From the NCBI GenBank assembly GCA_050248855.1, contig JBFWRP010000006.1:96001-160000 (forward strand): DNA of 64,000 bases, written 5' to 3'. The notes under the pieces are model-generated. The model saw nothing but the letters and a program-made list of their open reading frames with translations. It searched no databases and was not told the origin of the DNA. Source of the DNA: Planctomycetota bacterium. GTDB taxonomy: Bacteria > Planctomycetota > PLA2 > JAEUHO01. Shown here piece by piece: positions 1 to 9,377 of this stretch; within the stretch, counting starts at the first letter, position 1; every line of letters starts with the position of its first letter. The position numbers were made by a program, and so were the translations under genes.

Positions 1-1
1 C

Positions 2-1066
2 ACCAAGCAGGTCGAAGAGCCCGTCTACGAGATGCGCGAGGTGCCGATCTGGCACGAGCGCCGCGTCCCCGTATTCGTCAAGCAGGAGGTGCCGCTCGTC
101 GGCAAGCGCACCCTCCCCGTGTACCAGGAGCGTCGCACGCCCATCGTCAAGTACACCCGCGAGCCCTGCATGGACTGCCGCTCGGTGCCGGTCTACGAGA
201 CGCGCTGGGTGCAGGACGAGAGCCTCGTCCCCACGACGCTCTACGGCACGCGCGTCAAGCGCGTCGAGGGCTACCGGCCCGTCGACGAGGTCCGGGCCGT
301 GGCGCCCCCGACCTTCGGCACGCGCGAAGTGCCGATCCGCAAGAAGCAGTACGAGCCCGTCTACGAAGAGGTCGAGGTGCCCGTGTACGTGCATCGCGAG
401 ACCACCGACGTGCTCTGCACGACCGACGAGTGCGGATGCCCCGGCTGCGATTGCCAGGACACCCGGAGCGGCAAGGTGCAGGTTGGCACCAAGAAGGAAA
501 AGCGACTCGTCGGCTGGCGCGAGACCGAGGGCGCCGTCTGCGGCACCCGCTGCGAGACCGTCAAGACCGGCCACTCCTACGAGGAGAAGGTCGTCGGCCA
601 GACCAGCGAGTGGGGCACGCTGCGCTGCGAGGAAGAGACCTACCCGCGTACCTGGGTCCTGCAGCCGGAGAAGCGCGGCTGGCGTCAGGAACAGGTGCAG
701 GTCGGCTGCAAGTGCGAGTCGTTCGAGAAGGGCTTCCAGCTGGGCGAGGCCTGCGTGACGGGCTATGTCACGCACAAGGACGCCGTCGGGCAGCGCTGCG
801 AGCAGGTCGATGCCGGCACCACCGTGAAGAGCGTCTTCGCGGGCTGGAAGACCGAGCGCGTCTACATGGGCACCGAGACCAAGCGGGTCCAGGTCGGCAC
901 CCGCTTGCGGACCGTCTGCGACGGGACGCGGGAAGTCCGGGTCCAGATCGGCGAGCGCGAGGAGCGCCGCGTCGTCGGGTACCGCAAGGTCGAAGACCAC
1001 GTCGGCCCGCCGGAGGCGCCGCGCTGTGACGCCCCGGCGTGCACCAGCTGCGCGGGCGGGAAGTAG
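2..1066 (+). CDS. Repetitive beta-strand protein, 5'-partial (Pro-octad / Cys knot / Gly-nonad architecture; YTV/articulin-like composition)
   Basis: Frame is open from position 2 (TKQVEEPVYEM...). V/R/E/T-rich, with xVPVY-like repeats, a central CTTDECGCPGCDC, then xQVGT-like repeats; GC3-rich codon use; ends TAG. Confidence 0.85.
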   Translation, partial: TKQVEEPVYEMREVPIWHERRVPVFVKQEVPLVGKRTLPVYQERRTPIVKYTREPCMDCRSVPVYETRWVQDESLVPTTLYGTRVKRVEGYRPVDEVRAVAPPTFGTREVPIRKKQYEPVYEEVEVPVYVHRETTDVLCTTDECGCPGCDCQDTRSGKVQVGTKKEKRLVGWRETEGAVCGTRCETVKTGHSYEEKVVGQTSEWGTLRCEEETYPRTWVLQPEKRGWRQEQVQVGCKCESFEKGFQLGEACVTGYVTHKDAVGQRCEQVDAGTTVKSVFAGWKTERVYMGTETKRVQVGTRLRTVCDGTREVRVQIGEREERRVVGYRKVEDHVGPPEAPRCDAPACTSCAGGK

Positions 1067-1145
1067 GTCCCCCGGGACGTGCCCCGCGGAAGGTCGCCTT
1101 CCCCCGCTGCGTCCTAGACTTCGTTGGAACGCGAGGAGGAACGCC

Positions 1146-2357
1146 ATGCGAGGGGTCCGCTCTACCAGCCGCTGGTCGCTAGCCGCCGCCCTGGCCCTGG
1201 GCGTCGCGAGCCTGCTGCCGGCGGCGCCGGCAGGCGCCGAGGACGAGGTCACGCTGCCTCCGCCCGTGGTGGCGCCCGCGCCGGGCTCGGGGCCCGTGGT
1301 GGTGCCCCAGGCCGATCAGCCGCTGACGACGCCGCCGACCGCGAGCGGCGCCTACGTCGGCGTGCTCCCCACCGTCTGCGGCTGCCGCACGCGCCGCGAG
1401 CACGTCCCGGCTCCCGTGCGCGGGCGCATGGAGGTGCAGACCTTCACACGCGTGAACCCGACCTACCGCACCTGGCGCGTTCCCCAGTACCACACCGAGT
1501 ACGAGCCGATCTACGAATGGCGGGACATGCCCGCGTTCCACACGCGTCGTACGCCGCGCTACGAGGACATCACCGTCAAGGTCTACGGGTGGCGTGACGT
1601 CCCGCACGTCGTCGAGCGCAAGCACGAGGTCTGGGAAGAGGTCGAGCGGCCGCGCCTCGTGACCAAGGAGATCCCTGCCGAGCGCTACATCGTGGACGAG
1701 ATCTACGAGCACGGCGAGGAGCCCATCGAGCGCACGGTCAAGCGTCCCACCACGGCCTGCCAGACCGACCCCCAGACGGGTCGTACGTGCCGCGTCACGA
1801 CGGGCGAGGAGGAGTGCACCGTCAACGAGGGCACGCGCCGCTTCAAGGCGCTCCAGGGGTTCCACGGCGAAGTCCGGCCCCACGGCGTGCGTCTCGAGTG
1901 GGTCCAGGAAGGCACGATCAAGGTTCGCGAGTTCCGCGGCGTGCGCGTGGAGAAGATCGTCCAGGGCACGCGTCGCGAGCGCGTCGTCGTGGGCGAGCGC
2001 GTCGAACGCCGCTGCGTCGGCATGGACGAGGAGCGCATCCCGTGCGGCACTCGCCGCGAGCGCGTGAAGGTCGGCGAGCGCGAAGTGAAGAAGTGTGTCG
2101 GCTGGCTGCCCGATCGCGAGCGCATCGGCAACGAGGAAGAGGAAGTGCCCTACGGCTGGGAATGCTCCGAGGAGCCCTGCGGTCGCCCGGGCACGCGTCC
2201 CGTGCGCGAGCCCGTGAGCCTGCCCGAGCTCCGCGTGACCGTCGTGCCCGATGGGGCCGTCGGTTACCGCCTCCTGCCCGGCACGACCACCATGATGGAA
2301 GCCTCGCGCTTCGCCGCCGAGCAGGCGCGCCGCGCGGCCCTCGTCAGCCCGCGGTAG
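1146..2357 (+). CDS. Secreted repetitive beta-hairpin protein, same architecture as the upstream gene
   Basis: GAGGAGG RBS before ATG 1146 and TAGACT -10-like box upstream; signal peptide (..AALALGVASLLPAAPAGA); Pro every 8 aa, CQTDPQTGRTC turn, then Gly every 9 aa. Confidence 0.85.
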   Translation: MRGVRSTSRWSLAAALALGVASLLPAAPAGAEDEVTLPPPVVAPAPGSGPVVVPQADQPLTTPPTASGAYVGVLPTVCGCRTRREHVPAPVRGRMEVQTFTRVNPTYRTWRVPQYHTEYEPIYEWRDMPAFHTRRTPRYEDITVKVYGWRDVPHVVERKHEVWEEVERPRLVTKEIPAERYIVDEIYEHGEEPIERTVKRPTTACQTDPQTGRTCRVTTGEEECTVNEGTRRFKALQGFHGEVRPHGVRLEWVQEGTIKVREFRGVRVEKIVQGTRRERVVVGERVERRCVGMDEERIPCGTRRERVKVGEREVKKCVGWLPDRERIGNEEEEVPYGWECSEEPCGRPGTRPVREPVSLPELRVTVVPDGAVGYRLLPGTTTMMEASRFAAEQARRAALVSPR

Positions 2358-3153
2358 ACCTACGCGGCCCGAGGACCTCGGGTGAGAAGGCCACGCCGAT
2401 CGGACAGTGGTCCGAGCCCATCACGTGCGGCTCGTGCCAGGCGTGCAGCAAGTGCTTCGCGCAGCCTCGCGTGGCCAGCGCGAGGTCGATGCGCCAGCCG
2501 ATGTTCTTCTCGCGCACGCCGAAACGCTGCGACCACCACGTGTAGTGGCCGGGCCCGCTCTCGTAGCGGCGGAACGAGTCCACCCAACCGCCCGTGATCC
2601 AGCTGTCGAGGGCCTCGCGCTCGATGGGCGTGAAGCCGCTCGTGCCCGCGTTGGGGCCCGGGCGCGCGAGGTCGATCTCGCGGTGGGCGGTGTTGAAGTC
2701 GCCCAGCACCACGACGCGCTGCCCGCCCTTGGCCATGCGCTCGGCGAGGTCGCGCACCGCCGCCGTGAACTCCAGCTTGTAGGGGATGCGCGAGAGGTCG
2801 CGGTCCTTGCCGTTGCCGTTGGGGAAGTAGCCACCGAGCACCACGAACCGCCCGAAGCGCGCCCCCAGGAGCCGTCCCTCGTCGTCGAAGCGCTCGTCGC
2901 CCAAGCCATCGATCCAGGCGTCGGGTTTCTCCCGGGAGAGAAGGGCTACGCCGCTGTACCCGGCCCGCTTCGCGTCCCGCACCTCGAGGTGCCAGCCGTC
3001 GAGCACGTCCTCCAGCGCCGCACGCATCTGCTCGGGCGTGGCCCGCACCTCCTGCAGCGCCACCACGTCCGCTTCGGTGGCCCGCAGCCACTCCTTCAGC
3101 CCCTTCCCGGCCGCCGACCGCACCCCGTTGATGTTCCACGACGCGATGCGCAC
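2344..3153 (-). CDS. xth: Exodeoxyribonuclease III / AP endonuclease
   Basis: SWNINGVR, LQEVRA, GYSGVA, GDFNTAH, GWRID and SDHCP motifs; AGGAGG RBS before GTG. Confidence 0.95.
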   Translation of the reverse strand: MRIASWNINGVRSAAGKGLKEWLRATEADVVALQEVRATPEQMRAALEDVLDGWHLEVRDAKRAGYSGVALLSREKPDAWIDGLGDERFDDEGRLLGARFGRFVVLGGYFPNGNGKDRDLSRIPYKLEFTAAVRDLAERMAKGGQRVVVLGDFNTAHREIDLARPGPNAGTSGFTPIEREALDSWITGGWVDSFRRYESGPGHYTWWSQRFGVREKNIGWRIDLALATRGCAKHLLHAWHEPHVMGSDHCPIGVAFSPEVLGPRRSTAG

Positions 3154-3270
3154 GGATCCACCTCCTGCCGGGCATCCTGCCAGGGGACCGTGCTGACGGG
3201 CCCCTCTGCGGCGGAGGGGGCCTCCTGCCGCGGGGGGCGCTCTGGGGCGAGCCCGGTAGGATCCCGCGCC

Positions 3271-5010
3271 ATGCGGATCTCCCAGTCCTTGTTCACGACC
3301 CTGAAGGAGGCCCCGGCGGACGCCGAGGTGGCCTCGCATGCCCTCATGGTGCGCGCCGGCTTCCTCGAGAAGCTGACGGCCGGGGTCTACGTGTACGGCC
3401 CCCTGCTCTGGCGGGTGCTGCGCAAGATCGAGACGATCGTGCGCGAAGAACACGACAAGGCGGGCTGCCTCGAGATGCTCATGCCGGCGCTCCAGCCGAA
3501 GGAGATCTGGGTCGAGAGCGGGCGCTGGGAGCGCTACGTCAAGGACGGCATCCTCTACCACTTCGAGGACGGCCGCGGCCGCGAGGTGTGCCTGGGCCCG
3601 ACGCACGAGGAGGTCATCACGACCTTCGTGCGGGGGCGCGTCACCTCCTACAAGCAGCTGCCGGTCACGCTGTACCAGATCCAGACCAAGTTCCGTGACG
3701 AGATCCGCCCCCGCTTCGGCCTGATGCGCGGCCGCGAGTTCGTCATGAAGGACGCGTACTCGTTTGACGCCACGGCGGAAGCCATGGCGGCGTCCTACGA
3801 GCGCATGCGCGAGGTGTACCGCGCCATCTTCCGTCGCTGCGGCCTGCGCTTCACGCCGGTGCTGGCCGACGCCGGTGCCATCGGTGGCTCGGGCAGCGAG
3901 GAGTTCATGGTGGACGCGGACACCGGCGAGGACGCCATCGCCGTCTGCCGCGCCACGGGCTACGCTGCCAACGTGGAGAAGGCCGTGAGCCGCATCTCTG
4001 CGCCGCCGGCGGCGCCGGCCGAGGTCGCGATGCACAAGGAGTCCACGCCCAAGGCGCGCTCCGTGGACGACCTGCGCAAGCTGTTCCCGGAGCTCCCGGC
4101 CGAGCGCATGCTCAAGACGGTGCTCTACCGGGCGACGTTCGAGAGTCGCGAGCAGGTCGTGGCCGTGATGGCCCGCGGGGACCGCGAGGTCAACGAGGTC
4201 AAGCTGCTGAACCACCTGGGTGCCCTCAAGGTGGAGCTGGCCGACGAGGCCCTCGTGCGCAAGGCGACGGGGGCCGCGCCGGGCTTCGCCGGGCCGATCG
4301 GCCTCGCCGAGGACGTGCGCCTGCTGGCCGACGCGAGCGTGGACGGCGTGCAGGGGTTCCTGTGCGGCGGCAACGAGACCGACACGCACTGGCTCGACGT
4401 GTGGTTCGGGCGCGACCTGCCGCAGCCGGAGACGGTGGACCTGGGCTTGGTCAAGGCGGGCGACCGCACCGTCGACGGCGACGGCGTGATCGAGATCACG
4501 CGCGGGATCGAGGTGGGCCACATCTTCCAGCTGGGCACCAAGTACAGCTCGGCCATGGGGGCTACGTTCGCCGACGAGGGTGGCCAGCTGCAGCCGTTCC
4601 ACATGGGCTGCTACGGCATCGGCGTGAGCCGCGTCGCGGCGTCGGCCATCGAGCAGAACCACGACGAGGCCGGCATGATCTGGCCGCTGCCGATCGCGCC
4701 CTACACGGTGATGCTGATCCAGATGCGTCCGGACGACGACGTGCAGACGGCGCTCGCCCAAGAGCTCCACGATGCGCTCGAGGCCGAGGGCATCGACGTG
4801 CTCTGGGACGACCGCAAGCTGGGCGCCGGCGCCAAGTTCAAGGACGCCGACCTGGTCGGCATCCCGCTGCGCGTCGTCGTCGGCCGGGACGCCGGCGAGC
4901 GGCGCATCGAGTGGAAGCCGCGCGTCGGCGGGGACGCCGAGGCGTTGTCGGCCGACGAGGTGCTTCCGCGCGTGCGGGCCGCGATCCAGGCCGCGGCCCG
5001 GGCGTCCTGA
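3271..5010 (+). CDS. proS: Proline--tRNA ligase, bacterial type with editing (INS) domain
   Basis: LGPTHEE, YQIQTKFRDEIRPRFGLMRGREF, GIEVGHIFQLG and MGCYGIG motifs. Confidence 0.97.
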   Translation: MRISQSLFTTLKEAPADAEVASHALMVRAGFLEKLTAGVYVYGPLLWRVLRKIETIVREEHDKAGCLEMLMPALQPKEIWVESGRWERYVKDGILYHFEDGRGREVCLGPTHEEVITTFVRGRVTSYKQLPVTLYQIQTKFRDEIRPRFGLMRGREFVMKDAYSFDATAEAMAASYERMREVYRAIFRRCGLRFTPVLADAGAIGGSGSEEFMVDADTGEDAIAVCRATGYAANVEKAVSRISAPPAAPAEVAMHKESTPKARSVDDLRKLFPELPAERMLKTVLYRATFESREQVVAVMARGDREVNEVKLLNHLGALKVELADEALVRKATGAAPGFAGPIGLAEDVRLLADASVDGVQGFLCGGNETDTHWLDVWFGRDLPQPETVDLGLVKAGDRTVDGDGVIEITRGIEVGHIFQLGTKYSSAMGATFADEGGQLQPFHMGCYGIGVSRVAASAIEQNHDEAGMIWPLPIAPYTVMLIQMRPDDDVQTALAQELHDALEAEGIDVLWDDRKLGAGAKFKDADLVGIPLRVVVGRDAGERRIEWKPRVGGDAEALSADEVLPRVRAAIQAAARAS

Positions 5011-5057
5011 CGGCGGGCCTCGCCGGACCGTCCCCCCGCGCCGTAGGCTCGGGGGGC

Positions 5058-5339
5058 ATGAGCACGGACCAACCTCGCCCCCTCGTGGTCACGCTGAAGC
5101 CCGGTCGTCACGCCATCTGCCAGTGCGGCCAGACGGGCAGCCCGCCGTTTTGCGACGGCACGCACAAGCGCGTAAACGCCGAGGACGGGACGACCTTCAG
5201 CCCCACCATCGAGGACGTGGAGGGGCAGCCCAAGAACGTGGCCTGGTGCCGCTGCTTCACGACGGGCAACACGCCTTGGTGCGATGGCAGCCACACGGCG
5301 CTTTGGACGGGCATGGGGCCCGACGAAGACGACGCGTGA
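5058..5339 (+). CDS. CDGSH iron-sulfur domain protein (two domains)
   Basis: CQCGQT..PFCDGTH and CRCFTT..PWCDGSH motifs. Confidence 0.9.
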   Translation: MSTDQPRPLVVTLKPGRHAICQCGQTGSPPFCDGTHKRVNAEDGTTFSPTIEDVEGQPKNVAWCRCFTTGNTPWCDGSHTALWTGMGPDEDDA

Positions 5340-5542
5340 GCGCCGACCTCGCGCTCCTGCGCCGCCTCCAGGCCCTGGAGGAGTCTGCGCTACATCAAGA
5401 GCGGCTTGTCGAGCGCTTGGACGAGGTCGTGCGCGAGCAGGCCGGGCGCCTCGAGCGCCTGCAACGGGCGCTGGGGGCCCTGGAGGCCCGCGTCGTGCTG
5501 GCGCTGGAGGGCGAGGACCCGGAAGAGGGCGTGGTCGACTGA
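5336..5542 (+). CDS. SlyX-like small coiled-coil protein
   Basis: GTGA overlap with the upstream stop; LE..LHQERLVERLDEVVREQ pattern. Confidence 0.65.
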   Translation: MSADLALLRRLQALEESALHQERLVERLDEVVREQAGRLERLQRALGALEARVVLALEGEDPEEGVVD

Positions 5543-5565
5543 CGCCGAGTACGGAGTCGCGAGTA

Positions 5566-5686
5566 CGCCGACGGGAAAGCCCGTACGGAGGCGGGGAATT
5601 CTTCCGCAACTTGCCGATCGGTGCATCCGCATGGGAGAGGTCACTTCGGCAAGTTGCGGAAGAAATCCCCGCCTCCGTACCGCGTC
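5566..5686. repeat. Palindromic REP/MITE-like element (family B), copy 1
   Basis: 35-bp near-perfect inverted repeat at 5583-5617 / 5646-5680; a related copy lies in opposite orientation at ~61074-61193; located between convergent genes. Confidence 0.85.
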
Positions 5687-5755
5687 TTCAATCCGCAGAA
5701 GGTGCCCGACTCCGTACTGGACGAAGTTGGAATCTCACCCGACTCCGTACGGGAC

Positions 5756-6928
5756 TTACGCGTGAATCGCGTCCAGCGCTTGGCGCAGGTCGTCGAGGAG
5801 GTCCTGCTCGTTCTCGATGCCGACGGAGAGGCGCACGAAGCCGTCGGCGATGCCGAGCGCGGCGCGGGCTTCGGCCGGCACGCTGGCGTGCGTCATGATC
5901 GCCGGGTGCTCGATGAGGCTTTCCACGCCGCCGAGGCTCTCGGCCAACGCGGGGATGCGCACGGCCTCCAGGAAGCGACGCGCCTCGGGCAGACCGCCCT
6001 TCAGCGTGAACGAGATCATCCCGCCGAAGCAGCTCATCTGGCGCGCGGCCAGCTCGTGCTGCGGGTGCGTGGGGAGCCCGGGGTAGAGCACGCGCTCGAC
6101 CTCGGAACGGCCTTCCAGGAAGCGCGCGATCGCGAACGCGTTGCGCTCGTGGCGCTCCATCCGCACAGCCAGTGTCTTCAGACCCCGTAGCACGAGGAAC
6201 GCATCGAGCGGGCCCTGGATGGCGCCCACGGCGTTCTGCAGGAACGCGAGTCGCGTGGCCAGCTCCTCGTCGCTGACGACCAGCGCCCCGCCGACCACGT
6301 CGCTGTGGCCGTTCAGGTACTTGGTGACGCTGTGCAATACGATGTCGGCGCCCAGGTCCAGCGGTCGCTGCGCGAACGGCGTGGCAAACGTGTTGTCCAC
6401 GACCACGAGGGCACCGCGCTTCTTGGCCGCCGCGGCCAAGGCCTTGAGGTCCAGCACCTTGAGCATGGGGTTGGTGGGGGACTCGAGCCAGACCAGCTTG
6501 GTGGCGGGCGTCCACGCCGCCTCGAGTGCCCCGGGCTTGGTGAGATCGGCTGCCGTGAACTTCACGCCGTGGCGGGCCACGACCTTGTCGAACAGGCGGA
6601 ACGTGCCGCCGTAGACGTCGTCGCTGTGCACGACGTGGTCGCCGGCCTGCAGCAGGTGCAGGACCGTGTCGGACGCCGCCAGCCCCGAAGCGAAGCAGAA
6701 ACCGTGGCTCCCGCCCTCGAGTGCGGCCAGGCAGGCCTCCAACGCGTCGCGGGTGGGGTTGCGCGTGCGCGCGTACTCGAACCCCTTGTGCACGCCCGGG
6801 CTCTCCTGGGCGTACGTGGAGTTCAGGTACACCGGCGTCATCAGCGCGCCGGTCGTGGGATCGGGCGCCTGGCCAGCGTGGATGGCCAACGTCTCGAAGG
6901 CGAGCTTGTCGTCGTGCCCAGGCTTCAT
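5756..6928 (-). CDS. Cystathionine gamma-lyase/synthase (Cys/Met metabolism PLP enzyme)
   Basis: YARTRNPTR, FASGLAA, ESPTNP, VDNTFATP, HSVTKYLNGHSD and AESLGGVESL motifs. Confidence 0.93.
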   Translation of the reverse strand: MKPGHDDKLAFETLAIHAGQAPDPTTGALMTPVYLNSTYAQESPGVHKGFEYARTRNPTRDALEACLAALEGGSHGFCFASGLAASDTVLHLLQAGDHVVHSDDVYGGTFRLFDKVVARHGVKFTAADLTKPGALEAAWTPATKLVWLESPTNPMLKVLDLKALAAAAKKRGALVVVDNTFATPFAQRPLDLGADIVLHSVTKYLNGHSDVVGGALVVSDEELATRLAFLQNAVGAIQGPLDAFLVLRGLKTLAVRMERHERNAFAIARFLEGRSEVERVLYPGLPTHPQHELAARQMSCFGGMISFTLKGGLPEARRFLEAVRIPALAESLGGVESLIEHPAIMTHASVPAEARAALGIADGFVRLSVGIENEQDLLDDLRQALDAIHA

Positions 6929-7908
6929 GCGCCCTCCGCGTCGAGGAACCCGTTCTCGCGCAACCACTCGTCGTTGTAGACCTTGGAGATGTAGGCGCGA
7001 CCGCCGTCGGGCAGGGGCGCGAGGATCACCTTGCCCTTGCCCAGCTCGCGCGCCAGCTCGACGGCCACGTGCACCGCCGCGCCCGACGAGCCGCCGGCGA
7101 AGATGCCCTCTTCGCGGGCCAGGCGGCGGGCCATCGCGAAGGACTGCGCGTCGTTGACGCGGCGCACGTCGTCGAGCAGGTCGATGTCCATCGCGCCGCA
7201 GATCATGTCCTCGCCGATGCCCTCGACCTTGTAGGCGTGGGGCTCGGACGGCTTCCCCGTGTGGAAGAGGTCGTGGTAGATGCTGCCTTCGGGGTCCACG
7301 CCCACGAGCTGCACGTTGGCGTCCTGTTCCTTGAGGTAGCGGCCCGCACCGCTCATGGTGCCGCCTGTTCCGAGGCCCGCGACGAACGCGTCCAGGCGAC
7401 CGTCCAGCTGCTTCCAGATCTCGGGGCCCGTGAGGCGGTAGTGGGCCTCGACGTTGTCGCGGCTGTGGTATTGGTTCAGGTAGAAGGCGCCGGGCGTCTC
7501 GGCGGCCAGGCGCTTGGCCGTGGAGTAGTAGGACTCAGGCGAGTCGGCCGGCACGCTGGTCGGCGTCACGACCACCTTGGCGCCAAATCCACGCAGCGTG
7601 TCCTGCTTCTCCTTGCTCATCTTGTCCGGCATCGTGAACACGGTCTTGTAGCCGCGTACGGCCGCCACCATGGCCACGCCCACGCCCGTGTTGCCGCTCG
7701 TGTTCTCGACGATCGTACCACCCGTGGCGATGCGCCCCTCGGCCGCCGCCTTGTCGAGCACGAACTTGGCCATGCGGTCCTTGATCGAGCCGCCGGGATT
7801 CATGAACTCGAGCTTGACGAGCACGGTGGCGTCGTCAGGTCCGACGACCTTGTTGAGGCGGACGATGGGCGTGTTGCCGATCGCCGAGAGGACGTTGTCG
7901 TGGATCAC
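6925..7908 (-). CDS. Cysteine synthase / cystathionine beta-synthase family PLP enzyme
   Basis: IGNTPIVRL, NPGGSIKDR, TSGNTG, GTGGT and VEGIG motifs; ATGA-coupled to the lyase, consistent with a reverse-transsulfuration pair. Confidence 0.9.
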   Translation of the reverse strand: MIHDNVLSAIGNTPIVRLNKVVGPDDATVLVKLEFMNPGGSIKDRMAKFVLDKAAAEGRIATGGTIVENTSGNTGVGVAMVAAVRGYKTVFTMPDKMSKEKQDTLRGFGAKVVVTPTSVPADSPESYYSTAKRLAAETPGAFYLNQYHSRDNVEAHYRLTGPEIWKQLDGRLDAFVAGLGTGGTMSGAGRYLKEQDANVQLVGVDPEGSIYHDLFHTGKPSEPHAYKVEGIGEDMICGAMDIDLLDDVRRVNDAQSFAMARRLAREEGIFAGGSSGAAVHVAVELARELGKGKVILAPLPDGGRAYISKVYNDEWLRENGFLDAEGA

Positions 7909-8015
7909 GGCGGGGCTCCGGGCGCCGGCCACGGGGCGGGCTGCCGCGCGGAGCATACGGGCCCGGCTCCACGAACCCCATCCGGGCCGGGGGCCGATGT
8001 GCGGGAGCGGGGGCG

Positions 8016-9326
8016 CTACGCGTTGGGGGCCCGGAGCCACGCGACGAGAGACGCCTCGTCGGCAAAGGACGCGAAGGCGCCGTCGGCCAAGCGCTTGGCA
8101 TGCCAGCCGCCATCGGCCTCGACCGTGACCACCAGCGGGATGCCGGCCTTGTCGGCGTAGCGCATCTGCTGGCCGTGCTTCTTGTCCTCGGGGAACACCT
8201 CGGCGCCGATCCCGGCGCGCCTGAGCGCGGCGGCGATCGCGAAGGCACGCGGGAGGTCCTCCTCCCCGGGGTGCACCACCAAGACGTCCGCAGGCGCCTC
8301 CTTGTCCGACGCCCTGCCCAATGCTTCCATGGCATCGAGCAGGCGCGTGACGCCGATCGAGCAGCCGACGCCGGGCAGGCGCGACTTCGTGTAGAGGCTG
8401 GCGAGGTCGTCGTAGCGGCCGCCGCTGCCGACGCTGCCGATGTCGGGGAGCGCGTCCAGCTGGGCTTCGAGGACGATGCCCGTGTAGTAGTCCAGGCCCC
8501 GGGCCACGCTCGGGTCCACGCGCAGGGCGCCCTCACGAACGCCCGCGGCAGCGGCCAGCTCGAGCACGCGGCGCAGGCCCTCCAGGCCCGCGCGTCCCGC
8601 GGAGTCGTCGGCTGCCAGGCTCGCGTCCAGGCACGCGAACACCTCGCTCGCGTCGCCCCGTGGCGTGGTCACGTCGATCAGCGCCGCCGCGCCCTCCGCC
8701 GTGGCGCCCGCCGCGACGAGCTCGTCGCGCACGGTGGTTTCGCCGAGCTTCTCGCGCTTGTCCAGGGCCCTCAGCGCCGCCACCACGGGGACGCCTGGCG
8801 CCAGGTGGCCGACGATGCCGCCGAGCACGCGGCGGTCGTTGATGCGCAGGGTCACGGGACCGACGTCGAGCGCCTCGTAGGCGGCGCACATCAGCACCAG
8901 GATCTCGGCGTCGGCCGCCACGCTCACCGGACCGATCAGGTCCGCGTCGCACTGCAGGAACTCGCGGGCGCGGCCGCGCTGGGGGCGCTCGCCGCGCCAG
9001 CAGCTTCCGATGTGCGAGCGGCGGAAGGGGAAGACGAGGTCGTTCTGGTGCTCGGCCACGAAGCGCGCCAGCGGCACGGTGAGGTCGAAGCGCAGTGCGA
9101 CCGGCCGCCCGCCCTTGTCGGTGAACTCGAACAGCTCCTTGTCGCTGTCCTCGCCGCCCTTGCCCTTCAGGATCTCGGCGTACTCGAGCGCCGGGGTCTC
9201 GATGGGGCCGTAGCCGTGCGCGCGGAAAACGTCCTGCAGGGTGCGGATCATGCGCTGCTGGTGCAGCGCGCGGACCGGCAGGACGTCCCGGAATCCCTTC
9301 AACGTGCGCGGCGTGATCAGGCTCAT
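8016..9326 (-). CDS. hisS: Histidine--tRNA ligase
   Basis: LRFDLTVPLAR, RGERPQRGR.REF.QCDAD, RGLDYYTG and GGRYD motifs. Confidence 0.96.
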   Translation of the reverse strand: MSLITPRTLKGFRDVLPVRALHQQRMIRTLQDVFRAHGYGPIETPALEYAEILKGKGGEDSDKELFEFTDKGGRPVALRFDLTVPLARFVAEHQNDLVFPFRRSHIGSCWRGERPQRGRAREFLQCDADLIGPVSVAADAEILVLMCAAYEALDVGPVTLRINDRRVLGGIVGHLAPGVPVVAALRALDKREKLGETTVRDELVAAGATAEGAAALIDVTTPRGDASEVFACLDASLAADDSAGRAGLEGLRRVLELAAAAGVREGALRVDPSVARGLDYYTGIVLEAQLDALPDIGSVGSGGRYDDLASLYTKSRLPGVGCSIGVTRLLDAMEALGRASDKEAPADVLVVHPGEEDLPRAFAIAAALRRAGIGAEVFPEDKKHGQQMRYADKAGIPLVVTVEADGGWHAKRLADGAFASFADEASLVAWLRAPNA

Positions 9327-9377
9327 GGCATCACCTCGTGGGTGGGGGAGGCTACCCCACGCCGCGCGGGGCGCCCC

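Noticed and set aside
2407..3270. Long N-terminal extensions of proS, xth, selB, maeB and the CoA-transferase in the ORF track
   Set aside because: They overlap divergent genes or intergenic DNA; the true starts are supported by an RBS or -10 box and by where family homology begins.
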